NCBI GenBank assembly: GCA_034780895.1
Contig: JAUZTB010000027.1
Span: forward strand, 39,713,432-39,777,229
Length of the DNA: 63,798 nucleotides
Direction of reading: 5' to 3'
DNA from: Rhynchobatus australiae
Taxonomy: Eukaryota
The notes under the pieces: model-generated
Database searches by the model: none
Seen by the model: only the letters and a program-made list of their open reading frames with translations
What the model was told of the DNA's origin: nothing
In this document: positions 40,791 to 52,992 of the stretch, one piece after another
Layout of the letters: each line of letters starts with the position of its first letter
Numbering within the stretch: position 1 is the stretch's first letter
Program-made: the position numbers and the translations under genes

Positions 40791-41906
40791 CCCTTCTAAG
40801 AACTCCTGCTTTGATCCCATTGGGGACTGCTCAGATTGCATGGAAAGGTCAGGAGTTGGACAGTCAGCAGTTACATGGTTGAAACCTAATGGTTGGCTTA
40901 TGGGACACCACAATGTTACCGGTCCATAGTTTCAGGTGTTCTTGCACTAGGGAAAGTATCATCCCTAAGATAACCCATTTTGCCTTTATTTTCTGCCCTG
41001 AAGTAATTTCTTTTCCCGTGGTTTTAGTCTAGATTTTAATCTCGAAGTGTCACAATGTTGATTTAGATTTTGGGTAAAAAAGACAACCTAGTTGGTAGGG
41101 AAGGTCCAATGAGCAGAGTATATTGAATCCAAGGAGAATATCCATCATTTAAAAAAATACAAGAATAGATTACACACTTCTTATGTGCGTTATGATTATG
41201 GTTTGACCAGCAATCCAGAAGTCTTCACTTCAAATCCTGCCATGTGAAGATGCAAAATGTTAAATTGGGACATGATAACAGTAAATGAATAGTCAACAGT
41301 TAAGGAGTCTGTTGGCCAGTCTACTTTGGTGCAGGTGACTTTTAACATGGAACAGTTCCTACCTATTTGAGAACATGGGATTTAAATGTGTGGCAGGATT
41401 AAAGAGACTAATTTGGATTGTGAGAGATGGTACTAAATGTTGGTAAATGGCTGACTGGGATAAAATTAGGCTGTGAATTTCTGTGATTAGAAATAAAAAT
41501 CATTAAAGGGCCCTGAGAGTAGATTGCTGGCCCCAAAGAGTAATCCAGTGACCTTGCAGTACAAATTGAATAGAATTTAGAAAAGAACATCGAAATTACT
41601 TGCATTTTAATGATATTGCCATTAACATAGGATACTTTGAAAATCAATGGTGATCTAATTCCAATTTATTAAAAGGATAGTAGTCCACATAGTTAGGAAT
41701 GGAAAATAATGCCTGTCATTGCCAAAAATAGATCAAACAAGTAGCACTAAATTATTTCACAAAACACACACAAGGTATTTATAAAAATGTAATAACTGTT
41801 TGCATTNNNNNNNNNNNNNNNNNNNNNNNNNNNNNNNNNNNNNNNNNNNNNNNNNNNNNNNNNNNNNNNNNNNNNNNNNNNNNNNNNNNNNNNNNNNNNN
41901 NNNNNN

Positions 41907-42075
41907 GAGGGATTAAATCGCCTTTGTCTGACATCAGAGGATACACCTGGTAATTTAATTGGTAAAATCAATGGAGCATGATCAGAAATGGCAATTGCAT
42001 CATATATACAGTCCGTAGGACGATGCAAACTTGTTGGGCCAGAAAGGCCTGTTACCACGCTGTAAATAAAATTAG
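41907..42075. mobile_element. Second copy of the L1 segment joined to a V-SINE-type 3' tail
   Basis: 41907-42017 parallels 39836-39943 (DAIAISDHAPLIL); then gttgggccagaaaggcctgttaccacgctgtaaataaaatt. Confidence 0.75.
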
Positions 42076-45000
42076 AAAAGAATTTTAATCCAGCAATTAA
42101 TTTGCACAACAAGCTACAGAAAGAGGTTTCTGCGATGTTTGTTGCAGAATGAATGTTGCCAGGATAAAAGGAGGACTTTTCTGCTCTGAATGGAAGTTTT
42201 GAATATTCACAGAGGAGAGTACACAACTCATTGATTCCTTCATCGTATAGAACATTCAAGATTGTGGATGTGTCATTCTGGTTTATATACTCTACAATGG
42301 AGTGGGAATAAAAGTATGACCACCTGATTCTCGGGTGCAAGTGCTATCTTCTGAACCAAGGCTGACGTCCTGTTGATGCAACATTTAATGCTGTCAGGTA
42401 ATTTGTGGATAGCATGAGATACACCATCTCTGTAGCAAGTCTGAACACCGATAACTCCACTTTTAGCAGAGAATTGCTTAAACTCACAATGCTTCAATTC
42501 TATCTGTTTATCAGTGTGAATTGAATTGTCCATTTCCGAATTACTATTACTGTGTATAATGAGTGAATGTGCTGCAAAGCACTTGCTTAGCATATAAGCA
42601 GTAAATGTGCTCCAAAGCTCTTCAGACACAAGGTTGGATTTTCTGACTGGCTGAAGGAGTTCACTGAGGGTAAATTCTTTCTTCTGGTGCTGCATCGCCC
42701 AGCCTGGCAGGTCTCTGGAATTTACCTGCGTCAGTGCTGAGTTAACTAATCTCGACTAGGATGGTGTTCAAGACTCTGCTCTTTGATTTGGCGTGTTAGT
42801 CGAGATCTCTGCTCCAATCAATCATTGACTCCTGTTGGGTTTTGGGTATAGATTAGGGCTTGTTTTCATGTGATGCCCTCCGTGCTTGAATAATCTCCCA
42901 CACTCACTGAGTCTTCTGTTAGCTGGTTCCTTGGGCAAGGTAACAGAAAGGCTGTAAAACTGTCCTTCCAGGAGACAGCAAAGTAACAAAAGAGAGGACA
43001 TTGCATGTGAATAAATCTTTTAATAATTACTATCTTGATGATAGATGGGAGATATTGAAAATNNNNNNNNNNGATTCGGTATAATTTGGTGCTTATCTGA
43101 GATGTATTAATTGTTAAATATATTTTGTACTCCAAAAACTTTCAATCATATACTTCAATAATTTCTGAATGGAGTTAGTTTATCAACGCTTTATTAAGTG
43201 ATGAATCATTAATTTATTAAATATAGCTGCAAGAATTAAAACGTCCTTCAACAGCAACTGTACAATAAAAGAGGCACATTCTGTTCCAAGTAATGATCTG
43301 AGCACTTAATGTCTGGTTATGTTGCAAAAGATAGTCAGTGGAATGCCATGTTGCATTGGCTATTAACTCTGAAATGTGAAATAGATTGAAATATTGAATT
43401 ATGTCTGTTGAAGTTAAAAAGTCCTTGACTGCAATTTAAGGAGAATTATTTTCATTTTGTCACATTGGTTTCCAAGTGAATTCCATTTCCAGTAAAGGCC
43501 TTCATCGTAATATGAAATTTTGATGGAGAACTGTATCTTCAAGAACGAAATTGTATTTCATCTCAATTATTTCATTCTTGGTACAGAAGGGAAATGAGTC
43601 AACTTTTTCCTGCATTTGCCAAAATTCTCTTTTGTCCCATACAAAATATCTGAACGGGTAAACAACTGGTTGAACAGATTAAAACTAATTCTGAATTCCA
43701 TTGGTGTTCTAGTTTCATGCTGTTGAAGCTCTTGTAACCCCATTGTTTTTGGTGTATGCACTAGTTCTAGACAGCTATTTATCTGTGAGATTTCGTGCCC
43801 CACAATGCCTGAAAGAGAAATGAGGCAGGATACCAGGGTATAGAGAATGCATTAGAAAAGTTGGGAAGTACCCCACTCATCAGGTACCTGTACTAGGAAA
43901 TCTGACGGGCAATTTAGGATGGCCCTGCATGCTTGGGCTGTACACTACCCTTTAAGCTAACATGACTGAATACTCAAGGTTCCCATTCGATGATCAAACA
44001 CAAATATTTCACTGCAAACCTGTTGAAGTATCTTCAGTGACATAGGTGCCATTATTTGAAATGAGACCTTTGCTTGAAATTGAGGAGCCCCTTGAATCAT
44101 CCTTGAGTGTCATTTCAAAGAGGCCTGTTCATTGTAGTCAACCAGAAGTACAGCAATAAGAAATCTAATATAACCGAGGACTGGAAGAGAATGATAGTTC
44201 TTAGTGGGAAAGTGTCTAATCTTGGTATGTCCACCTAATCCCCTCTCTGAGTCACGAGTGAACCCTCGCCCAATTACTTAACACGGTAGTGTCTAAGAAC
44301 TGTCATTGAAAGTCCTCAATGCACTTTTGAGATATTAGTGCATGAAGTACCACAAGCAAGGAGACTAAAAACCTGTATTACAATAGATATAATGGAAATG
44401 TGCTAATTAGTTATTATTGTGCTATTACTGCAATACCAAGGAAAGAATGTGACATTGTGTTCATCATAAAGCTTCTGTTAGCATCTAAGATGGATTGGGA
44501 TGTTGGGAAAACAGATTACTGTAATTGTGTTTCATCATTTGCAAATTTTTGATCCTGGAGTGGATAGGAGAGGGGACAGTGCATTTGGAAGGGAGCACTG
44601 AAATGAAATTGTGGGAATATTGACAGAACATGCTTCAAACTGTCAATAAATCTGGAGTTCAAAACATGGTAATGATAAATTTGCACTTTATCTACTGGAT
44701 TTTTCTGTCATGTGCAACAAATTATTCTACTTGTGCCCTCATTTAAGGTCATAATGTCATTTTATTATTGCAGATTGTTTTGGGTCAATCATCACTTAAA
44801 TTGGTGAGAATTGATGAGATGACTAATTGCTTGTAAATTTCAGCTTGCATTATAAAATAATATTGGCTTCTGATTTTAGAGTATCTTGCATCAGCAATAA
44901 AGTATGGTGGTCAAACATGAGCCTATTGCATTTTTTTTTACAGAGGGATCATTTTCAATCTGTGGAACAATCTTTGGAAGATATAAAATGGATTTTGTGT

Positions 45001-45862
45001 TTACCACTTAAATTTAACTTGTGGTAATGAAGATACCATAAGTTGATTTGCAGTAACTTAAATTACTATTAAATACTGATGTATGCAGAACTCGATACGA
45101 AATTATATATTTTTTCTTTTGAAAGAAACTGGTTCTTGCATCAATATCTCTTTGCACCCTTTTGTGTTATTTCCACTTTCAGACTCTTGATTAACATTTT
45201 CTAGTTCTTCCTTTCAAAAAAGTAGATGACTTTCGTCCAAGATAGAGGGAGATCGTTAAACGATATGGGCCCAGGCAGCTATGTGTACACAGTAATGCAT
45301 GTTTATTTTGCATACTCCTGAAGAAATGGTTAAATTTGTGATCCTGGCCCACCACTGCTTTGATAGTTTTTGTGATAAGCAATTAGACTTGTTTCAGAAT
45401 TATGCAGTAATGTCCTTTTATAGAGTAAAAAAAAAATCATCTTGTTGAAAATTTGGAACACAAAATTTTCTCATTGTCCATGAGTTGCAGTCTACCTACC
45501 CCATTCAGTGATGTCTGGGGATTTAAACTCTTGATAATAGTTAACAGCAACTTGTTTCCTTTGTACGTGCCTGACATATGTTTCAAGGCTAGAATATTTG
45601 ATGCAACTTCCTTAAATAATGTTCACNNNNNNNNNNNNNNNNNNNNNNNNNNNNNNNNNNNNNNNNNNNNNNNNNNNNNNNNNNNNNNNNNNNNNNNNNN
45701 NNNNNNNNNNNNNNNNNNNNNNNNNNCTTAAATAATGTTCACATGTAACTTACAAAAAAGTACTCAATAAATTTAAATTCATAAGAAGTTACAAGACAAT
45801 TTGATTAATTGGAAAAGGACTAACTGGGCACTGCCATTAACGTTTTCTTTGTTCCATTGCAG

Positions 45863-45961
45863 AATGCCCTGAGGAGGTTTATGATCCTCGCTCATTGTAC
45901 GAAAGGCTTCAAGAACAAAAAGAGAAGAAACAGTCTGAATTTGAGGAGCAGTTTAAATTTA
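45863..45961 (+). CDS. PSME3IP1: PSME3IP1 second coding exon
   Basis: Acceptor ttccattgcag; 99 nt; (E)[32 protein letters not shown]; donor GTAAGA at 45962; phase 1 to phase 1, in frame with neighbours. Confidence 0.97.
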
Positions 45962-46532
45962 GTAAGATTTCTTCTCCTGTGCAGTGCTTCTGTGGACTTG
46001 CAGTTAAAATCTTCCATTGCTGTGGCATCTCTCTCAATATGTGTATCTCTCTTTTGGAAGTGAGTTGACTACAGGACTGTTTGTTGAGAGGAAAGAATGT
46101 GTGGTGTAGTTCAATAATATGTATTATTTTGTTGTAGTGAACTGAGACCTGCAAATTTGAATCAAGCAATAGATTGTTCCCTTGCCTGGAGCTGTCAGAG
46201 ACACCTTTGACTGAATGGTGGCTTCTTGCACCGTAACAATTCTCTGACTCTCATCTCAGATTCAGACTTTCAATTGTATATTTAAAGATATAAAATAGGA
46301 GGCAGTGAACTATCCTTGTTAAAGGCTTTTATTCACAAAGGGTATTGCTCTTGTAACCTAATACCATTTTTGGAAAAAAGTTGAGGGCATTATTGTAGTG
46401 GGAACAAATAATTATTGATTCCATTGTCAATATTGTGTTATTCTGGTACACTCCTCCCACTTCATAATTTGTCAGTGCCTTTCGTAGGGATAGACTCTTG
46501 CTTCTACAATCTTGTTCAAACTTTACAATCAT

Positions 46533-46660
46533 TGTAAAGCTCTAATAATCTGGCACCCATAGGACTTTGGTGCTGCCTGATTAAAAGATTTTCCAGACAC
46601 ATTTATTTTACTTGTTACTCAGTAGTATAATAAATTTCCCAGTGAATTTTGTGCTCTTAA
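46533..46660 (+). mobile_element. Possible Tigger/pogo-like DNA transposon end
   Basis: gtaaagctctaataatctggca...cagtagtataataaatttcccagtgaat, similar to 61478-61625. Confidence 0.4.
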
Positions 46661-47524
46661 AGGGAACAGAACCTAATCAGTTTCAGCTTGACCCCGGCTC
46701 TAACTGCAAACCTACCCAGGTTCCTGACCCCTGTGGCTCATGGCTCTAGCTGCTCACCCACTCACAGTGCTAATAAAACACAGCCAATCTCACAAGTATG
46801 CATATCCATGGAAGGTAGGTCTATGGATAATGAGGACTTGCTAACTAATAAGTGAGCCAGATGTCGCACTAAGCATTCAGTCACTAGATTATTGGAGGTT
46901 TTTGTGTATTGGATCCGGAGGCCTATCTGTTTATTATGTTGTTGCATGTGAGGAGCCCCTTCTCTTCCTTTGTGGTATGCTATTGTGGGTACACCAAATT
47001 GGAGTAGTTCTCAGAATGTTAGAACACCACATGAAAAATTACCTGTCACTTCGGATTAAAAAAAAATATTTTTCCTGCAAGGCTTATCAAAATGTCTACT
47101 CTATGAAGTAGACCATAACCAGAAACCTTTCATTGTCAGGCTTGAACATTTTTCTTGGCTGCTCTGTGAACATTGGACTTAATTTAAACCAAAAAATAAC
47201 TTCAGATGCATGTGTTGATGCCGAATGTGTGAAGAGATTGCTAGCTCATCTGGGAACACCTATGTTTTATGCATAAGCAATGTAGTAAATGTACATGTAT
47301 CTCGGTATGATAAATTGTTTTTTTGTTTATCTGTATATTTATTTTCAATGCAGTCCTGGGTATAGAAAAACAAGAATGTATTTTTTGTATACGGTGGTAA
47401 AAAAAATTATGTTCATATAAAATAATTTGTGAATAAGTGAGCTCACTGGGGTTGTCTGTTTATTGGTTTTAATTTTCTTTTGATGAACACTAGAAGATTG
47501 CTGTGTTTTTATCATTTCATTCAG

Positions 47525-47646
47525 AAAATATGGTAAGAGGTCTCGACGAGGATGAAACAAACTACCTTGATGAAGTTTCCAGGCAGCGGTTGCTCCTAGA
47601 GAAGCAACGGAGAGATGAAGATGATAAAGAGCTGAAAGAATACAGA
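47525..47646 (+). CDS. PSME3IP1: PSME3IP1 third coding exon
   Basis: Acceptor tttcattcag; 122 nt; (K)[40 protein letters not shown]; followed by the U12 donor ATATCCTTT. Confidence 0.97.
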
Positions 47647-48987
47647 ATATCCTTTTTGTTCAGCATCAATTGAATCTTGATTGCAAGGACTTGGAAAATT
47701 AGTTTCATTTCATCATAAAACTGAAAGTTTTCTCCTCAGTAGATTCAGCTTAATTATATGGAGTTTTGACTCCTATATTACTTAAAATTGACTCAAATAA
47801 ATTTCCTCCCTTTTCATCTCATTCTTAGTGAATNNNNNNNNNNNNNNNNNNNNNNNNNNNNNNNNNNNNNNNNNNNNNNNNNNNNNNNNNNNNNNNNNNN
47901 NNNNNNNNNNNNNNNNNNNNNNNNNNNNNNNNNNNNNNNNNNNNNNNNNNNNNNNNNNNNNNNNNNNNNNNNNNNNNNNNNNNNNNNNNNNNNNNNNNNN
48001 NNNNNNNNNNNNNNNNNNNNNNNNNNNNNNNNNNNNNNNNNNNNNNNNNNNNNNNNNNNNNNNNNNNNNNNNNNNNNNNNNNNNNNNNNNNNNNNNNNNN
48101 NNNNNNNNNNNNNNNNNNNNNNNNNNNNNNNNNNNNNNNNNNNNNNNNNNNNNNNNNNNNNNNNNNNNNNNNNNNNNNNNNNNNNNNNNNNNNNNNNNNN
48201 NNNNNNNNNNNNNNNNNNNNNNNNNNNNNNNNNNNNNNNNNNNNNNNNNNNNNNNNNNNNNNNNNNNNNNNNATCTTAGTATTTACCGGATAATTTCTCT
48301 GATTATGGGCAAAATTAGGTCACTTTTTTTTCCTCCCATTCTAGTCCTGGCATTTTTGTTTCTGTCACTCAGTCTCTCTAATGTGCTTTTGCTGTCATTC
48401 TACCATCAACTTTTGACACTCTTGTATCTGATCACCTTCCTGTACTCCTTACTCAACATAAACTCTATCTTTCCTGATAATTCTTATGCACTCACTTAAT
48501 ATCTTGTATCCTTTCACTTGACCTGCTTTTTGAATGGGCAGTTGCATTACAGTCATGCCCTTCTTTCCTGAGTTACATGTTTTAATGCCTCCAGTCATGT
48601 TTCTGCTGCTGCCTCTATACCAAAGTCTGTAAAGACACCCCATGGCTTATGACATCACTGCTTGTCCTGAATTGACCAGCAGTCTTTGATGCAGATGACT
48701 CCAATATCCTCCTGCTTCTGCATTTTTTCGTGCATCTCCCCAGAACCTATCCTTGGCTCCCTCCATCCTAATTTACATGCCGCCCCTTGGCAGCAGAGTC
48801 AAAAATGTGGCCTCAGCTTCCATATGTAGTTGATGTACTCAGTGTTACCTCACCGGCTGTGATTGGTCATGCTGTTTGCTTGAGATCCAGTGCAAGGTGA
48901 GCAAAAATTTCCTCCAGCCAAATATTGCGAGGAGCCAAGCCAGTATCTTTGGTTCTCATTGCAAGCACTCTTCTGTCACAGTAAATG

Positions 48988-49145
48988 GAAACAAAAGGAA
49001 ATTGCAGATGTTACAAATCTAAAATAAAAACAGAAAATGCTGAAACATTCAGCAGATTAAGCAGCACTTTTGACCTGAAATGTTGACTCTGTTTAACTTT
49101 CCACAGACTGATCTGCTGAGTGTTTCCAGCATTTTCTGTTTTTAG
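48988..49145. mobile_element. Short Penelope-family fold-back remnant
   Basis: aaaacagaaaatgctgaaacattcagcagat versus atctgctgagtgtttccagcattttctgtttt; internal gacctgaaatgttgac. Confidence 0.75.
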
Positions 49146-49189
49146 CTCATTGACTTGTGTTTCAATGTACTCCTGGTCAGCCATCCTCG

Positions 49190-50790
49190 GTCATAGAGTC
49201 ATACAGCACAGAAATGAGCCCTTTGACCCACTATGGCCATGTAAACCATTAAGTACCTATCTATGCCCATCCCATTTACTTGATCTGTAGCCTTTGTGTT
49301 CAAGTGCTTGTCTTAAATATTATTTCAATGCTGTGAGAGTTTCTGCCTCCACCACTCCCTCAAGCATTGTGTTCCAGATTCCATCCATCTTCTAGAAGAA
49401 CAAAAAACCTCCTCTTTAGAACTTTCTAAACCTCCGAGCTTAAACCTACACCCTCTGCTTTCAAACACTTCAGTTTTGGGAGAGAAGTTTCTTACCATCT
49501 ACTCTATTTATGCCTCTGTCAGGATTACCCCCTCCCCCTCCTCTCAGCCTCCTCTGCTTCAAGAAAATCAAACACCACCTATCCAATCCCTCCTCTTAAC
49601 TGATGCGTCCCATAACTGGCAACATCCTAGTGAATCTCCTCTGCACCATCTCTGTTGTGACCATGTTCTTCCCATAGTGTGGCAACCATAACTGCACAAG
49701 TACTCTGGTCGTGGCTTGACTATTGGTTTATCAAGTTGTACCGTAGTCTTCCTGCTCTTACATTGTGTGCCCCAGCTAATGAACTAAGAATCCCAAATGC
49801 CGCCTTAACCACTTTATCTACCTGTACTCTCATCTTCAGGGATCTTTGAACGTGTACACTAAGATCCCTCTGTTCCTTGGTACTCCTTAGTGCTCCACGA
49901 TTCATTGTGTACATTTTAGATTTCTGTTTTTATATTAGTCCTCCCAAAATCGATCATCTCGTACTTAACAGGATTAAGCTGCATGTGCCATTGGTCTGCC
50001 CATTTTACCAGCTCATCATTGTGATCCTGTGGCCTAAGGCTACCCTTCTCACTGTCAACTACACCACCAATTTTCATGTCCCTGTGAACTTCCTAATCAT
50101 ATTTCAATTATTAATGTACCTAAGAAATAGGGACAGTTCCCTCAGGTGCACCACTGTCACAGGCTTTCAATAACAAAAACAACCCTCCACCACCTGCTTC
50201 CTACTGTTAAGCCAAAATTGGATCTATTTTCCCCAACTTCCCATGGATCCCGTGGGCTCTAGCCTTTTGGACCAGTCTCTTAAGTGGAACTTTGACAATG
50301 GTTTAAAGTCCACATGGACTATAAGCAAACTGCCCTCTTTGATGTATTTTATCTATTCGAAACTTCTAGCCAATTTGATGGAATTTTATCTCTCCCTGAT
50401 GAAGTCATGCTAACTTCTTTAACTCTGTCTCTTAGAATTTTTTTTCCAATAAAGTCCCTGTAGAGTTATTAGCCTTATTCACCTGTAGTTTCCTGGCTTA
50501 TCCCTGCTGCCCTTCTGAGTAAAGATATAACTCTTGCTGTCCTCCAGTCATCTGGCGTGGCAATTGCGGCCGAGCCCCAGCAATTTCTCCCCTTGCCTTC
50601 TGAAGCAACATGGAATACATCTCATGGGGCTCTGGGGATTTATTCATCTTTCAGCCTGCTAAGAACTTTTTTTAATGTTAACTTGTTCTAAATTTTTACT
50701 GTCCTCTTCCCTGAATTCTCCAACTACAATATCATCCTCTTTAGGGAGCACAGATAAGAAACATTAATTCAAGACCTCCTCCTCAATCTA
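49190..50790 (-). mobile_element. CR1 LINE 3' ~1.6 kb, decayed
   Basis: tcatagagtcatacagcacagaaa tail; EQRDLSVHVQRSLKM.VQVDKVVKAAFGIL. Confidence 0.85.
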
Positions 50791-50829
50791 CCCTCCATTA
50801 GTTTAAGATTACCTAAAACTCCATGGCCC

Positions 50830-51290
50830 ATGTCCAAACTTGCTCTAAGTCCCATTCATCTGTTGTCTCTGTTTTTGTTGACCTGCATTGGTTCCTGGTT
50901 AAGCATCATCTAAACTTTGAAGTTCTCGTTCTTGGTTTCATTCTCCTCCATGGTATTTGGCCGTTCCGATTTCTGTAATTTCCTCCATCACTTCAATCCT
51001 ACTTAGAGAGTTACTTCTTGAGTTCTGGCCTCATGAACATCCCTGAATTCAGTCACTCCACTACTGGTGACCATGCCTTCATGTACAAAGGCCCTTTCCC
51101 TGCCTGTTTGCACCTCTTTCCTCTTTTGAGATGCGGTGATGTTCCCTCCATACATCTGGGCTTGTTTATCTGTTTCCTTTCTCAATTAATGCAGATGAAG
51201 GTACTTTGTTTTATGTGATTTTTGCATTAAATTTTGTTTGGCATTAAGCCACATGAAATGATTTGCTGTCTTAGAGATGTTTTAAAAATA
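50830..51290 (+). mobile_element. L2-like LINE 3' fragment
   Basis: gacctgcattggttcctggttaagc...tttgaagttctcgttcttggtttc, resembling the LHWLPV...FKIL motif. Confidence 0.6.
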
Positions 51291-51780
51291 ACTAGTTTGT
51301 ATTACCTTTTCTCCCTCTTCTTTGGTTTCTTGCTTTCTGCAGTACTCTCTGATAAGACTCCATGGATAGGCTGTGGGCCAGGAAGCTGAAGCTCATTGTA
51401 CATGACGGGATCATGTTACAGCTGTTAATGCACATCGAAGAGTGTTTCCTGTCCAGAGGGAGTGAGCTGTTGCACACGAGCTGTTATGTTGCTTTCCCTC
51501 TCAGTTGAAGTTCTTAATGATTGAAGAGAACTATCCTTGCAATTTAATTTTTTTTAAGAATCTTTACCACTTTGATGCATAACAAATCATACAAGCACAG
51601 CTTATTGGTATGGAAAGGTTTACTTGCCTGCAAAGCAGACAGCTGGTTGCTGTTGGATTAAATAGGCTTACAAAAATGTGAAGGATAAAAATTTGAATAA
51701 TTTTGTTTTTAATAAATTTCACATTGGAAATGTGCCTTAACTATCTTTAGTAAAGTCTTAAAATGACCTTAATATTTCAG

Positions 51781-52375
51781 TCATAGAGTCATAGAGCTAT
51801 ACAGCACAGAAACAGGCCCTTCGGCCCAACTCGTCCTTGCCAACCAAGTTGCCTAACTGAGCTAGTCCCATTTGCCTGCATTCGGCCCATATCCTGAAAC
51901 TTTTCTTATTCACGTACCTGTCTTAAATGTCTTTTAAATAATTTAATTGTACCTGTCGCTACCACTTCCTCTGGCAGTTCATTCCATATACAAATCACCC
52001 CTCAGGTCATTTTAAATCTNNNNNNNNNNNNNNNNNNNNNNNNNNNNNNNNNNNNNNNNNNNNNNNNNNNNNNNNNNNNNNNNNNNNNNNNNNNNNNNNN
52101 NNNNNNNNNNNNNNNNNNNTATACAAATCACCCCTCAGGTCATTTTAAATCTTTCTCTTCCCACATCAAATATATGCCCTCTAGTTTTGGACTCCCTTAT
52201 CCTGGGGAAAAGACTGTGGCTATTCACCTTGTCTATGCCCCTCACTATCTTATAAACCACTATAAGGTCACCCTTTAATCTCCCACACTCCGGGGGGAAG
52301 AAAGGTCCTAGCCAATGCAGTCTCTCCTTATAACGTAAACCCTTCAGTGCTGGTGTCATCCTTGTAAATCTTTTA
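51781..52375 (-). mobile_element. CR1 (HER1-like) LINE 3' end
   Basis: LKGLRYKERL...RLKGDLIVVYKIVRGIDKV...KTRGH; tcatagagtcatagag tail. Confidence 0.9.
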
Positions 52376-52824
52376 AATGTTTCTTAATTGCTTGAGTCGC
52401 GAACAAAGATTAAGAGAACATGAACTTGACAGTAGGTTGGTTTGCAGCAAAGAACGTTGAGGCATTTTAAGGAAGAGCTAAATAAATGTATAATTGAGGG
52501 GTGGGAAGGTAGAAGAATATGATGAGTTGGGGAAAAGGGCGATTGAGAAGGCCCATGTACAGCGTAAAACATTACAGACAGGTTGGTTCACGTGGTCAGT
52601 TTTTATGCTGTACATTTTATGTAATTCTATATTTTTAGTCATTGTATGGTCGTTAGTATGCTGGAAGGTGAGGTATCAAGTGAATTTTGTTCCGCGGACT
52701 TTCAGTGGGAGAGGTTGTAGAAGAAGGCCAGGGGACTCATCCTTCAAAATGCTCCATGCATTGAGCAGGCTCCCAACAAGTCGCATTCGATTATAAAACT
52801 GTTATGCACCCAGCAGGTCAGTCA

Positions 52825-52992
52825 ACGTGAGTGGAGAGAGAAATAGAGCCCTGATGAAAGGTCATCAGCCTGAAACATTAACTTTTCATTCACTCTCTCC
52901 AAATGCTGCCAGATCTGCTGAGCATTTCTAGCACTTTTTGTTTGTTGTTTTTTTAATTTCAGATTGCCAGCATCTTTGTTATTTTGCTTTTG
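52825..52992 (+). mobile_element. Penelope-like terminal repeat with intact hammerhead core boxes
   Basis: CTGATGA(52851)-A-AGG-TCATCAG-CCT-GAAA(52872)-CATTAAC, then atgctgccagatctgctgagcatttctagca. Confidence 0.7.

Noticed and set aside
45611-45742. Direct repeats flanking 100-N gaps (also 26032/26142 and 51987/52120)
   Set aside because: Typical unmerged contig overlaps, not TSDs.
47527-47540. Consensus U2 donor ATG|GTAAGA inside the third coding exon
   Set aside because: Only 8 nt from the acceptor and explained by conserved M-V-R codons.
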